Shown here piece after piece: positions 1 through 17,744 of a DNA stretch of 64,000 nucleotides. Source of the stretch: the human T2T-CHM13v2.0 reference genome, Homo sapiens. The stretch lies in the NCBI RefSeq assembly GCF_009914755.1, contig NC_060933.1, one strand, 5' to 3'. How positions within the stretch are numbered: the first letter of the stretch is position 1; each line of letters starts with the position of its first letter. Under the pieces are notes generated by a model. That model ran no database searches and was not told the DNA's origin. It saw only the letters and a list, made by a program, of their open reading frames with translations. Both the position numbers and the translations under genes were made by a program.

Positions 1-399
1 AGTTCTGAACACAAAGAGGCAGTAGCCTGAGAATTCTCTAGCTTCCTCTGATCTTTCCCAATTCCATTTCCAGCTGATATTTAAATGGCCCCATTTCTCT
101 GCTTCTCTTGGAAGAAGTGACTTTCTTAGTGTGACTCAGCACCATGTGTTTGCCTGGAGGCCAGCTTCCAGGGCGTTCACTTTTCTACCTCATTACAGCC
201 AACCTGTAGTTACTAGAGGGAATTATTTAGAATCTGGATTATTCTCCTTCTCCACCTCTATTTTCACCCAGCATTTCTCTACCTGCCAGTGGCCTTACCA
301 AAATTTTTTATCTGCCTGTAAATTTGACAATGGTAAGAGTTTTCAAAATAAAAGCTTTTAGGCTATGAAGCAGCAGACCATGTAGGATAAAGACCATCA

Positions 400-600
400 T
401 CTTGGGATTCAGGAGGGAGGGCCTGTTTGCAAATTCTGGTTTCTCCACTTAGTATCTTTGTGACCTACCACTTAACCTCTCTGCATTTCAGCTTCCTCAT
501 CTATAAAAATGGAGACAACAAAATCAAAGGTTGTACAAGATGTAAATGAGACAACCTACGAGAAGTACAGAGCACGCTGCCAAGAACTTTGCACACTTGT
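400..600 (+). mobile_element. MIR SINE fragment
   Basis: MIR core: cacttaacctctctgcatttcagcttcctcatctataaaaatgg. Confidence 0.75.
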
Positions 601-1462
601 TGAGTGAGTTTCCCTTCCCCTTTCAAGCAAATGTATTTCCATATAGCAGGCACTTTTTCCCCCATGACACTGAATAATAGTTCGGAACATAAAATGTCAA
701 GTTTTACTCATTTTACCCCGAAGTCTAAAAAAGGCAGAGGTAAGGAACGAAGCCGTTTTCTCTGCATCTCCCACTCAGCCCTAAGTGGCTAAGAAACTGA
801 GTGAGGAAGTGAAGAGGGAACAGTAGTCACATCTGTAGTGTTCATTGCTGACTTTTAACATTTTGAGGGCGTGTTCCTGAGACAGTATCTACAGCTGTTG
901 GAAAGGTCTCTCTACTAGTCTGCCCTCTCCCCCAGTTTCAAACCACTCCACCAAAATCTTCCTTCATTAGATTTTTGTTGGAAGATTCGGAAACCCATGT
1001 TTTCCTGGTTATCCTTCATGATCTTCTGTAATCCCTCAGTTAGCTTACTTCCTGAGACAGTGACCATATATTAACTTAGTGGTTGATTTGCCCATTTAAT
1101 TCATATTTAATGAGTAATTTTCACATGGTAGCTCTGTGCTAGGCATGAGTGATTCAAAGAAAAAAGCCAAGGTTGCAGCCTCGAAGGAGCTTACTATGTA
1201 GTGGGAGAGAAAGGTGAATAAACACATCATTACTATGGACAGAGGTATTGCGGGAGCACAGGAAAGGGGAGATGAGCCCTACTGTCTTCGGGGATGGAGG
1301 TTTGGAAGAGGATGGGAAGGATACAAAGAAGAATCTAGTTTTGTCGTTTCCGGAGGAACTGGCACCTCAGAGAATTGATCATAATAAAGAAGAGTTACCA
1401 TTCCCAGTAAGTTCCTCTCTTTATCACCACTCTCAACCATCTTTTGTTTTGAAAAAATATGG

Positions 1463-1866
1463 TGTGTTATATTGGGTCCTCCAAAAAGCAGATACCAAAA
1501 CAGAATGAATGTGCAAAAAAACTTATTGGGGAAGCCACTTGTGAGAAAAAACTGGGAGGAAACAGGAGGAAGCTGGGAGAGCTGTCAGATCTTAATGGAG
1601 GTCTGACTCCTGTGAGGAGAGAGAAAAGGAGGCCGAGCCAGGTTTGCAAGAGACCTGGACTGCCATGCAGTTCTAGGGAAATTTTAGCAAGATCAATGCA
1701 TAGTTATGGAGCTTCAGTTGCCTGTCACAGCAGTCCCCATCCCCCAGAATGGGCCTGCCTTAGCATCTCTGCCACACTCGGTCAATAGCAGGGAACAGCC
1801 AGGGGAAGTGTGCCTTGGCATGAACGTGGTGGTGAACTTCCGCGTGCAGTAGCTTGGGGCTTTCAG
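1463..1866 (-). mobile_element. ERVL LTR (LTR16-like)
   Basis: gggtcctccaaaaagcagataccaa...ttattggggaagc...ggagagctgtcagatc...ggtctgactcctgtg resembles the LTR16 consensus. Confidence 0.6.
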
Positions 1867-1882
1867 TTAATTACATTCCTTG

Positions 1883-2021
1883 GGCTGAGCACAGTGGCTC
1901 ATGCCTGTAATCACAATACTTTGGGAGGCTGAGGCAGGAAGATTGCTTGAGCCCAGGAGTTTGAGACCAGTCTGGGCAACATAGCAAAACTCCATCTCTA
2001 CAAAAAAAAAAAAAAAAAAAA
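1883..2021 (+). mobile_element. FLAM_C Alu monomer
   Basis: Left-monomer sequence directly followed by a poly(A) tail. Confidence 0.85.
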
Positions 2022-2296
2022 GTAAAGAAAAATGCTCCCTAAAGTCAAACATCCAAGAGGTACACATACATGGTTTTCACATTTGTTCTATGCTTCTTAA
2101 AAATTATTCATTATTTGGTCTACATTTCTTAAAAATTATTCATTATTAATTCCTTTTCCCATTTAGAAATGCAATATATAATGAAATATGAGCTATCAAA
2201 ACAAATATTGACTTGTTTAATTATATGCCTATAATTTGAAAACATATAGCCTATGCTTTCAAAATATTAGAAATAACTGCAAAATACCCATTTCTA

Positions 2297-2990
<694 letters not shown>

Positions 2991-5900
2991 TACCTTGCAT
3001 GATTTCAATAATTCCCAGATTTTTCACAGTCTATGATGGGAACTCCTGCCTTGAAATGTGTGCAGGGAATAAGAAGAGATAAAGAAGACCAAATCGAGGG
3101 GCACTGCTTTGGGAAAGTCTCCAAAGAAGGAGTGGGGGAGGAAGAGGAGGAGGGAAAGGAGGGGTGGTAGGGAGAAGAAGAAAACGACACAACTTAGCTT
3201 GTATATTTTCTCTGTCACTGTTAGCAGAGATTCCATATTTATTATTTATCAGAGATAACTAAATAATGGATAATTGTATCCTTCTCTTGTATTAGTAAGC
3301 ATTGGGATAACCATAGTCCACATGGCCAGAATATGCAGCATTCTGATTTCTGTCCCCGCCATTGACTAATATGGTCATTTTGAATATTACAATTTTCTTC
3401 TATTTTTAGAGGAAATCAAATATTGCATAATAAACTGTAGCAAAAACAAAACTATGTTATGCTTCTCAGCAATTATAAATAACCAGATCAACCCTAATCA
3501 AATTGAGGGAGCATTTAGAGTCTACTGAGTCCATTAGCTGTGGTGTAAGGTAAACAGAATAAAAAGAATATTCTTAACAAGAGACACAGGTCCTTGCTAG
3601 CTCTGACTATACCCTCCTCTGAATGGACATGGTGATGCGCAGCACCTGGGGACCCTCAGGTGGTTAGACCTGGGGTGGATTCCTAACCCAAGATTTGCCT
3701 AACCTTATATTAGTCAAGGAAAGGTCATTGTTCCCACATCCTCGCAGCAACCAGGCCCATAAGGTCCATTTGTTAGCACTACTTCCTGACAGATGCAGCA
3801 AAACCTCATAAGAACCCCTTCTCTTTTCTTGGGCTGGCTGCTGTAAGGTTTTCTTTCTGCAATCAAGGGAACTATCACTACTAATTTGGGGTTCAGCACT
3901 CTAGTTCGGCTGTGCCTTTCAATGTCATCAAATCTAGGAAAACACTCCAATGCCTGAATGTCCCTCAATCTAGTGTCTCTAGTAACAAAAAGGATTTTTT
4001 TGTTGACGTTCTGTTTATTAGACATTATGTGACTTTTTTATTACTGTTATTCCATATTCAAAGTGTGTGAGGCATCAGTCAGTACTGAATCACCTTAACA
4101 TGGTATCTCCATTTGCAAAGCATTTGTCTTGGCATCTGCAGATGGATTTACCTATAAATAATAAAACATACCTTGAGTTAAAGAAAAACTCCAGTTGATA
4201 TTGCTTAGCAGGAAAAAGAAAACAAAGAACCAATAGATGAGTTTTCAAATCAGGGTTCTTCCCAGTCATTGTGAAGCTCAATCAAAGGATGCTGAATACA
4301 GAAGAGGAAAGAACCCAGAGCTAGAAATCAGGAGGCCTAGACACTGTGCCAGATCACTCAGCAAATAACTCTGTGTCCTCAGGCACTTGCCCACCAGCCC
4401 TTGCAGTTTCTTTACCTCTCTGAGCATAACAACAGCTACCTGAGCTATTGACAGGGTCCTTATGGGGAGTCAGCAACAATGGATGCACAGCGGTGACTCA
4501 GTAATTAGAATGCAACATGAACAATAGGTTTTTTTAAAATGTTGTATTATCTACTGGTCTAAGTACAAGTCTGCCTTGATTATTTCAAAGTAATGCTTAT
4601 GCTTCCATTTTAAAATATAAGAATGTGACATTTGAAATATATGGAAATGTCCTTTTATCTAATGCCTCCACTTCGACATGCAGAATCTACTCCTGGGAAC
4701 CAGCAAATGCAGTCAGCTTGGTGTTCCTGACCTCAGGCCTGACATGGACATGAGTTAGATGTGACTCGGACATGACGACTGACATCAATTTTCCATTCTC
4801 ATCCACAGCCCCACTTCCTCTCTTCCTATTTCAATCTTAAGTGTCATGTAGATAGAAAGTAAATCTTACTTTATATTATGCACCCTGTGCTCAAAAAACA
4901 CTAGGTATTCCACAATAAATATTGATGAACAGTTTTCAAGTCAATGAGTAAAACTGCCCTAAAAATTATTCCTTTTTATTCACTGACTATACTACTGCAA
5001 CACGAATTTTCTCTTCCCCTCATTTTTATTTAGGAATCCTCATAAAACTTTAAAAATATGTTTATAATTTTAGTCCTCCAATTTGATTTAAGTTATTGAG
5101 GTCAGGAGATTTATCTTTTTTTATATTTTCTCCGTGGATTTTAATGTAGCAGCTCAGCTGCTCAATAAACAGTGGTTGCTTGGCTAAATATTCAGTGCAA
5201 CAACTGACAATTCATTTTTGAAAAAGAGCGTATATCAGTTGTGTCATGAATTGACTGATCAACTCTTCAATCTTTTAATACCCAAATAAACTCTTCTTCT
5301 CATTTTTGAGGAACAGTAGTTTGAATTAAATATGTCTATATAGGACAGTAGGAAAGTCCTAATGAATGAATGAAATATGTCCATATAGGACATTAGGAAA
5401 GGTTGTTAATTCTTAACCTTTTTATTCATATTTTATACTATTTTATTACTTACCATATATCCTGAAAGTCTTCTTTATTTTAATGGGGAAAAAGATAGCA
5501 AAAGAATGTGTAAGAGACGCTTTTGGGAAAAGAAGATAAATCAAATTGGAAGTTTTCTAGTATGAAAATGTTTCTCTTAAAAAAAAAAAAGCAATCACAA
5601 AATAAAACAAGTCAGCATTCTCAATGCTGGAAAATGACAGTGACTAAAAAATTCTTTCCGCCTGTGTGAGCACTGTCCTCTGTCCCATCCCTAGTGCTGG
5701 GTAATGCAGAGATATAATTTATCATGGATTCACAAACAAAATGGTCAATGGTTCAGCACAAACCAAACATGAGCAGACACATTTCTAAATCCAACCGTCA
5801 TGCTGCTTACACAATCTGTTGATCCATTGAACAAATATATGTTGAAAGATTAAGCGGGAGTTGACTGCCATTCAGGAAGATAAATGTAGAGTAGACTCAT

Positions 5901-7818
5901 TTTCCGCCTGACTTAATGCTTAAGAATTTGTATTAGAAGGATGTTGGGGAGGGCAATGTCTGCGGGGGGATAGGGGGAATGGAAATTCCAGTCACCCAGA
6001 TCTTTAGAATGAGATTATCTCGCTAAGGACCTCACACAGAGGCCTTTGCCAGCCATCTTTCACACCCTGGACTGTCTTTTCCCCTTACTCTTTTATTGTG
6101 GGAAAAAAAAAAAATTCAAGAAAATAAACTAGTGCTGCAGGAGCGCTTGCCTTACCTATTCAGGCCTTGTTGATGGAACGATAGGAGACGGATTGTCTTA
6201 TACAGTTCAGTTTGAGATTTCAACGGGGAGAAAAGAGTCAGGCTGTCATAAAGGCACATTGTTATCCAGCTGTCTCAGAAAAGGTCTGTGAGCCATTAAG
6301 CTATAGAGAGAATTGAAAGCCTGAAGCTGGAAACGCGGTGTCCCTGCTGGTAGGGCCAGTGCCATCCCCAGGCAGAGAACAGGGCCAACCTTGATTCAAC
6401 TCATCTTGTTGACACCTTCCTCAATTGGGGTATGAGGCCAGTCTTGTGGAGTTGCGTTTGTTATCTTCGCTGGGCTGAAAAAGACAGCCCTTCACTGCTG
6501 TTGATCTTGTTATAAGTGTTTGAGCTTCACATCAGAGCTTTGTTAGAAAGAAATGGAAGAGGGCATAGAGGAGGAAGAGGGGAAGGAAGAAGGAAAGGAA
6601 AGAAAGGAAGGGAGCAAGGAAGGAAGGAAAAAGGAAAAGAGAACAAAAGAGAAAGAACAACCATTTGTACAACATAAGAGGGATTTTCTTGATTTGTAAA
6701 CCTGGGACATGGCCACAATACAATAATGCAACCATGCAGCTTCCTTGTTTAGCAAGCTGTGAACAATTTTTAGAGCCATCCAACAACTCTGGCCTGGTCA
6801 GGAATGCATTCAAACAGAAAACCACTGAGCACTGCAAAAAGAGATGGATCTTGACCTACCAGAGTACGTGCGCCAATAAATGCACTGGAAAGCAATTCAC
6901 TTTGATTCAACATTTATTGAGCGTCCGTATGGGTCATGACACAGGAGCAGAAACCACACAAACTTACAAAAGACATGGTTTTTGCCCTTGCAAAGTACTT
7001 ATGCCAACAAAGACCATGTGGACGTGTACAGAATGTTGTGTAGCTGTCCAGGAGAGATATGTTTCCTTTTGTATTGAAGAGTAAGTTGAATCTTCTAAGT
7101 TGGGAATAATTTTAGGCAAGTGCTAGATTTACACAGTGCTGTGAAGAAGCGAAGAGAGATGAGCATGGAAAGTTTCATATATATGGGGTAGACATAAAGG
7201 CCAAAGAAGAAACAGTATTCAAAGTAAGCTAAGAACATCTTTATTTGCCAAGCAAAGCGATGAGTTTGTAAATCAAGTAGGTGTTGGGTAAAAATGACTG
7301 ATGAAAGGTCTTGAAATTATTTTTAGCCAGTCATATGAGACCTTGTTTTTCACTTTTAAATGCATCTAGTGTAAGATGAAGAGTGGCTAAGACATACATG
7401 GATGCGCATAATTCTCTAAATCAGATCTCTTTCGGTTGTTCTTTTTAACTTTTAATTTTGTTTTTTCTCTTGAAATTTCCTACCCTGACTCATCACAGTC
7501 TCCAAGTTGAAGAAGTTAATGACCAACATATTCTAGCCCTCTGTATCAATTTCTTGTTGTCTTTTTATTTCACCGGAAAATTCTGTTGAGATTTTAAATG
7601 ATGCCACGCAACAGCTGGGTATGGGCCACTTCTTTACCATAACATCCCCATCTTCTCCTCAATGCCACCATTATTAGCTTTATCCTTCACGAACACTTGA
7701 CTTCCAAATAAAACTAACTATCTAATAGCATAAGTCTCAGTCAAGTTTTAACTTTTGGACCTGTGGGTCTGCAGCTCATTTTATTCCATTGTATTTTAAG
7801 CAAACATCATTGACTTTC

Positions 7819-8071
7819 TTTTTTTCCACAGGTTTTTGGGGGAACAGGTGATGTTTGGTTACATGAATAAGTTAACCAATAATAATAAGAGTTGATTTCT
7901 GAGATTTTGGTGCACCCATCACCTAAGCAGCATACACTGTACCCAATTTATAGTCTTTTATCCCTCACCCCCCTCCCACCCTTTCCCCCTAGTCCCCAAA
8001 GTCCATTGTTTCATTCTTATGCCTTTGCATCCTCATAGCTTAGCTTCCCCTTATGAGTGAGAGCATATGAT
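7819..8071 (-). mobile_element. 5'-truncated L1PB-type 3' end with intact 18-bp TSD
   Basis: L1PB 3' UTR text; caaacatcattgactttc at 7801-7818 and 8072-8089. Confidence 0.85.
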
Positions 8072-9828
8072 CAAACATCATTGACTTTCAATGCTTAATC
8101 TTAAGCATCTGATCTTTCCTCTTCTTGGATAGCTAGTACTTAGCAAGCCAAAACTTTATAAAAATAGGAAAGAAAAAAAAACAGTGAATTCACTGGAAAT
8201 GGTTTGCAATGTAAAGAAAATATGACCATCTGGATTAAATTACTGTAGGTTATGGACTGAGCTGTCTGTTTGGCTTGGTTTGGGGTGAAGGGAAGTTACA
8301 CTGTATCTAACAGTGCAGTGTCAGAGAGTACCATTCTATGAGCAGCTTTTGTCTTCATGTAAGACTACCCCATTGGATAAGCAAATCTGTGTGAATTTTG
8401 CACATGATGAAGGTTGGAAAGCATTCCTAGATATATTCGCACAGCTTCCTAAATCTCTTTCTCCTCTGCCCTGGGGTACACAGGGAACATAAGGATTATG
8501 TTACCCTCTCACCAGCTCCAGTCGCCTCAGGTCCAGGTGAGCAGCTTTGTCTTCAAATACCTCCATAAGTGAGTATAAGCTAGCTGATAGCAGAGCCTAA
8601 TCAGAGAGCCTTTTTATCCAAGAAGGGCAGGAACTGGTACACGCTCTCCTGATTGACTTGTGGCTGTCCAGGGAAGGAAACAGGGTGGATGTGGGCTCAA
8701 TGCTACTTTGGCAGGAGGTAATACTAGCCTAGACACCCCTCAATGAAGGAAGACAGGAGGACTAAATTGTCATTGGAGGATTTCAAGGAGAGAAAAGTTA
8801 ATGATTCTGCCACAAATTCTATTCTGAACTGAAAGAAGTAATTCTGTTTTTATCCCCTAAATCTAAGAGAAATTCTTCCAGAATAGCAAAACTAATGGTA
8901 GCCAAAGCTAATGGAGTGTTCTAAAAGTGTTTTATTCTTTCTCAGTGAAGCTCCATGTGTATGATGACACTTTCAGAAAGAGCTAAATGCTATTTTGCCA
9001 AAATTAAAAGCATAGTTAGAAAATCTACTCCAAATACAATGGTCTGCTGGGTTTGAAATATTGCTCCAGAGACGAGCCCCATGGTGCTGGAGAATACCTG
9101 AATCAGCAGAAGGTGGGAGGGAGCATGAAGACTGTATTTATTATGTCTTGAGACGACTCCATAGGTCACTGCTGAGTTCTGTTTACACTGCGCTGACCCT
9201 TCACACTCCAGAGCAGTTTGTTCAGCTGTGATCTACAACCAAGAATACATTCAGTATGTCATCTGCTAGGCCCTACTCCAGCCAACCGATCTACCAAGAA
9301 TAGAGACAGTATATACACTGAGAAACGTCCATTATCCTGCAGTTCTATGAATTGTCTGTTTTCTCCCTTTGCGCTTTTGTACTAATAAAAATTTGTATGT
9401 CTTGGGACACCAATGTAAAGCATGATCCTAATAGAATGGATCTTAACAAAGTGATTATTTCCACTGTACGTTGTGGTAATTGGAAAATGAGCCTGTGGAA
9501 ACAGTCCTATATCTAGGTCATTATTTCACCTATCCCAATTAGGATGTGTTCAAATACTAAAGTGCAATATAACGCTTTTTGTAATGGCCTGTGCCAGCTC
9601 TTTTGCAAGGGGCTATTTGAGGTCACCAAGCTGTGATAGAAAAGAAACCACATCAGATCTCTGAGGCTGACATCTACATTCTGACTTACGGCGGGTCTGT
9701 TTTTTGAATTTGGAGCTTCCTGATCAGTTTATCCACTCATTCAAAAGCAGAAGATTCCTCTACACTCCCACAAGAAATGTGTTTGTGATTTCTTTAAGGC
9801 CAAAAACAGTCTCACACACATAATATAA

Positions 9829-10293
<465 letters not shown>

Positions 10294-10845
10294 TAGACAC
10301 CTTCTACATCTGCCCCACCCCCCTGTTCACGTAGCACCTTGTGCTTCCACTTGCCATGGCACTAACACACTGCACAGCCACCCCACACAACCAGCTATTT
10401 TAAGGCAGGATCTTACTCATCTGTGGAGCCCCAGTGCCTCCCACAGTGCCTGACACACAGTTGGCACTCAATTAACATGTGCTCTATGAATGAATGAAAC
10501 AAAGTTCAGGACACCAGTCATGATATTTTAAGTCTGGTGCAAGCCCACAGTGTCATATGAGATGAGAAGGCCCGTCTCCTTCATCAACAGGTGTTCTGTC
10601 TGTTCTTCCTTCTCCAGTCACTGGGTGCTGTTCTGAAGCCGAGTGAGAGACCCGCGTTGTACAGCTGTATGCTCAGTGACTGATCTAGTGCGTCAGCTTC
10701 TCTGAATTGTAAGGACTTCAGGGGCAGGGACCACGCTATATTTATCTTGGATCCCCTATCACTGTTTATAGCAAGTGCTTGATGGATGTGTCTTAAATAA
10801 ATCTGATCTTTTAATCTATAAAACATTATTAGACAGTATGTTTTA

Positions 10846-11518
<673 letters not shown>

Positions 11519-11587
11519 CCTTATAATACAAATGACTGAGAATTCACAATATATTCTTGACTGGAGAAGTGAACAGTGATTCTTCTA

Positions 11588-12034
<447 letters not shown>

Positions 12035-13029
12035 TCAAAAAGAAAGAAAGGAAAGACAAATAAATAAAAGAAACCCCATAGCTCCATGTCTAACATGAAG
12101 AATGGTGGGATAATAAAGGAAGTAATGTTGATGAATATAAAGTGATCAAGTAAGCACTATTTTTTGAAGATGAGACAAAACAGGATTTAGAATTCTATTT
12201 CCAGCAACATGGCAGACTAATCCCTCCGGGCATAACTAAAATGCTGTATAAAATATTTAAAATGTCATTGGAATGCATGGCTTGGCTGGCAGGAAAATAT
12301 ATGGATGGATAGGAGGCCAGAGATGAAAAGTGTGAATCTAGAAAGATAAGCAAGCAGTAGAGAAGGCATTGAAGAGCCCTCAAGTGGCCTGTAGCTCATA
12401 TTTTACTGGGCTACATCCAGTACAAGTTGGGGCTCTAGCAAAGAAACAGGTCGGATTAAAGAGCTTTGGCATAAAACTGGTTCCTCCAAATATATACATT
12501 CTCAGAGTGTAGGGGAAAATTATTCCACACACTGCAGAGGGTAATGTTTGGCATTTATGCTTCTGTTGACGTTGGCTTTGGATTTGAGTGAAGTAAAAAA
12601 ATAAAAAAAAATATACTGTCCCATTAAGGATTTCTAAACACAAGCCTTATTTGTGTGAGTTTGATGTCAGAATTTTCGTTGTCTGCATGACTCCAAAAAA
12701 AAAAACACACATACTAAAAAACAATGTTTTCTTTAAGTGGTCCAGCCGTCACATCCACATGCTATGAAGTTGTACACACCAATTCTGGCCAGAACTTAGT
12801 CACATGACCATGCTTAGCTATGAAGGATGCTGGAAAAAGTAGTCTTTATTATGAGTTCCAAGGTTCTATTTATGAAGAGAAACTGAAGAATGAATATTGA
12901 GGGTGGGGAGTGAGAGTAAGCTCCGCCTTGATCTTCAAATCCTGAGACAACTCCCAAAGAGAGAATTAAGGCAATACTTTCTCCTTGGACATCTTTTTGT
13001 TTGTTTTTATGAGGTTTATTGTGGAATAA

Positions 13030-13355
<326 letters not shown>

Positions 13356-13390
13356 TCGTTTCAACTTTTCATTTAAAAAGTATAAAAATA

Positions 13391-13716
<326 letters not shown>

Positions 13717-14121
13717 TCAATTTGTTAAATAATAGGAAAAAGGAAAGAAGAATTCAAGAGCAAGAAATTACATAAAGTGCAATTAAGTTAAAGTTCTATG
13801 TCTAGGAGAACTTGCAGTCCCTAGGGTAGACAAAGCTGATCAGAACTGAAGCAGCCTTACTATTTCTTCTCTATTTCCTTCATTTTGCTCCTCATAACAC
13901 AAGTTTCCTCAAAAGAGTGTAATGGTAAAGCCCCCCTGCAAAGCTAGAAAAACAGAGAAGTAACTGAATGGTTTCCTTTTAATGGAATGTTGTTTTTTGT
14001 TCTTTTTTGTTTTTTTAGGTGTCTGACCAAAGCATAGGAAATTGCAAAGTTAAACTTTTTAAACTTTTTAAAAGGGATATTTTCTACAATCAGATAACAT
14101 CTTTTAAAAACAGACACACAA

Positions 14122-14240
14122 GCTGGGCAAAGTGGCGTAGGCCTATAGTCCCAGCTACTCAGGAAGTTGGGGTGAGGAATCACTGAGCCCAGGAGCTTGA
14201 GACCACCCTGGGCAACATAGTGAGACCCCATATCTAAGAA
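14122..14240 (+). mobile_element. FLAM_A monomer
   Basis: gcctatagtcccagctactcagg...gagaccaccctgggcaacatagtgagacccc. Confidence 0.8.
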
Positions 14241-14791
14241 AATCATAATTATTATTATAATAAAATTAAATTTAAAATTATTTAATTCATTCAAAAAATA
14301 AAAACACATACAGATAGCTAATGCTCTAAATTTCTTGGTGGAAGGCAATTGTAAGTTTCTCTTTATAGGATTAGCTATACAGTATAAAAAAAAAAATCAG
14401 AGCACCAAATCTGAAAGTCCACAAGAAGGGCCTATGTAATTTCTCAGAAATAAGGAAGATATTTTATTTTTGTGTAGTGCTTCAGCTAATCTACAAAAAA
14501 AAAAAAAAAGTTAAAACTTGCTGTTGGGCAATTATCAAAATGACAATGACTGGCGGGAATGATTGTCTTGGCTAAGGCAAGAGTGGACTAAATCACTGGC
14601 TGATTTGGGGTGCAAAGAGGGAACCTCCTGTTGAAGTCTCTCAGACATTCACACGATTCTTTCACACTTGTACATACACCTGTAGACACACACCTGAATG
14701 TGAGTCACAACAACCCACTATATGAGCACAAAAGATTGCTGAATGATTCAGCCCTATTATCTGAAACTTCAGATTTCAGATCTATACTTAG

Positions 14792-15132
<341 letters not shown>

Positions 15133-15561
15133 ATGGACAGCAATAAATCTATCATAATATAGTACTGCAAGCGGGAAGAAAGCAAACAAGAAAGGCTCTG
15201 CTAGAAATGGGCTGCTTTTTGAAGGGTAGATATGATCGATATATTTTTATGTACATTTTAACTGAATCGAGATTTATTTAAGTTTATTCTTTGGAGCAGA
15301 TCCTGCAGCAATCCTCTGCACTCCAGTCATCTTTCTTTTTCCTCTATTTTTGAGACTCCCTGGATCTGTGATAGTAAGGCACCAAAATGTAGAATTTATC
15401 CAATGGGCTTAACTTTCTGAAGGATTGGGATTATGAAAAATATTAAATATTAAAGATATTTCACTAAGTCATGACTTGATACGGGTATATTTTTGAGGAT
15501 TGTTTTCCATTCAATTTATAGATCCATATAAAAAGGCTTTAACCAAATAGGGTTTTATTGA

Positions 15562-15965
<404 letters not shown>

Positions 15966-17744
15966 TAGCATTTTGCTATCATCCTCGGGGTCTCATGATA
16001 GTAGCTATTCCTCTGGGCATCACGTCCACATTCCAGGCAGGAAGAAGAAAAAAGTGACAAAGAGGAAAAGGGTGTGACAATATCAGGAAAGCAAAACTTC
16101 CCTAGATATCCCTATAGAATTCAACTTATGCCTCACTGGCCAGAAGTGAGAGAAAAGCTGCAGGGAAGGCTGGGAAATGGGCTGTTTTTAGTAGACACAT
16201 TGTTACCACAAACAAATCAAGGTCTTGATACCAATGATGAGAAAGAATGGCATGAAATTTAATGCCAAAATTCTAGAATTTCAATCCACGGAGACAGTAA
16301 TTTGGCTTCTCAGGGAAATATCATATTTACTTTTTGCTCTCCATGAGCTGACACACAGTATGCAGTCTTTCAAAAACTCTTTATTGATCTCCTATTATGT
16401 CCCGCGTGCTATTTTAGATGCTTGGAATATATCCAGATAAAAATTCTTGTCCCCTTAGATCTTCTATTCTAGCAAGCAGAGACAGTTTATAAACTATAGT
16501 TGCAATAAATAAATAAAGTCTACAATTTGTTCAGAGTTGATACATTCTATGGAAATAAGCAAAAATATAGCTGAGTAAAGAGAATTAGTAGTTGTGGGTG
16601 GAAGGGTGGAAGGAATGGGTTGTAATAAAAATAACACAGGAATTATGTATTAATCTGTTCTTTCATTCCTTCGACCCTTCTGATTTCTGGAGAGCACAGT
16701 GTGTTTTATCTTGAAAAAAACATAGTTCATTATTTTTTCAACTCCCATTCTTGGAAGCGCTGAATCCACTGCTGTTATTTACACAAGAAATGTCAACGAT
16801 TGTTTCAGGCAGTTTGGTAGGCTAGACAATGCTTCACACAGGGGGAACTGTTTGCAATTTACTTAAAGGGTCTAATTCCATAAGGAAGAAGGAAAATTCA
16901 GTGGGGAAAGAAAAAGAGCAATCAACAAAGAGAAAATGCTGTCTTGACCTTGAGCCTTTTGAGTGTCAGAAGCACGGCCTTTCTGAGGAATGTGGCTTTT
17001 CAATAGGCATAATGCTATTGGATTAACTCTTCTCTGCTTTAAATCTTAAAAGTAAGAACTATATACACACACACACACACACACTTACAGTTTAGATTTT
17101 TTTTTTTAAATTCCAAATCTAACAACTCCCAGGGGATTGGGATTTGATTGATTTTATTTAAAGTCTGGGTGGGTTTTTGACCACTAAATATTTGCTTAAT
17201 TATCCCATCAATGAAGAGTGATGCTCTCATTAGCAGGGGTTAGAAGCCCATCTGTGTTCTCTGGCGGTTTTTTGTGCAGGACTGTAAACCTGCAAATTGC
17301 ATGTACAGTTGGGGAGTCAGAAAACTGTAATTGCAGCTCTGATACTCATTATCCCATGAACTTGGGTAAAGTAATTTTCCCCCCTGGGTCTTGGCCTATC
17401 TGTGCACAAATTGTAGTTAATAGTACTCCACAGCAATATACAATTTCAGTATTTTATGGTAAGCCAAAAAGCCTTGCCTTGTGTGCTTCTCACTGGCAAA
17501 AAGTGATGCCCTAACAGATCCTGAAGTTGAAGTTATTACACAGAACCAAAGAAACTGCCACACAATTGGAAAGCAAGAGGCATCTTATCACTTGGGAATT
17601 TGCAAACTCAGAGATCACAACATGCCTGTCCATGTCCCTAAGGAAAACCAAAAGTGAATTCTTCTCCAGGAAGAAACACTGCGAGCTAAATTTCATGGGT
17701 GTTTAGGGAGATGACCTAACGAAAGTCATTTGATAGTTATTCCC

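Noticed and set aside
2094-2147. Short tandem duplications (also 18650-18697 and the 7-bp repeat inside the Alu at ~50537)
   Set aside because: Ordinary slippage duplications with only two units; not a CRISPR-like array.
6545-6660. Purine-rich tracts (also ~3120-3185, 11940-12070, 53309-53372)
   Set aside because: Common low-complexity sequence; H-DNA potential is generic.
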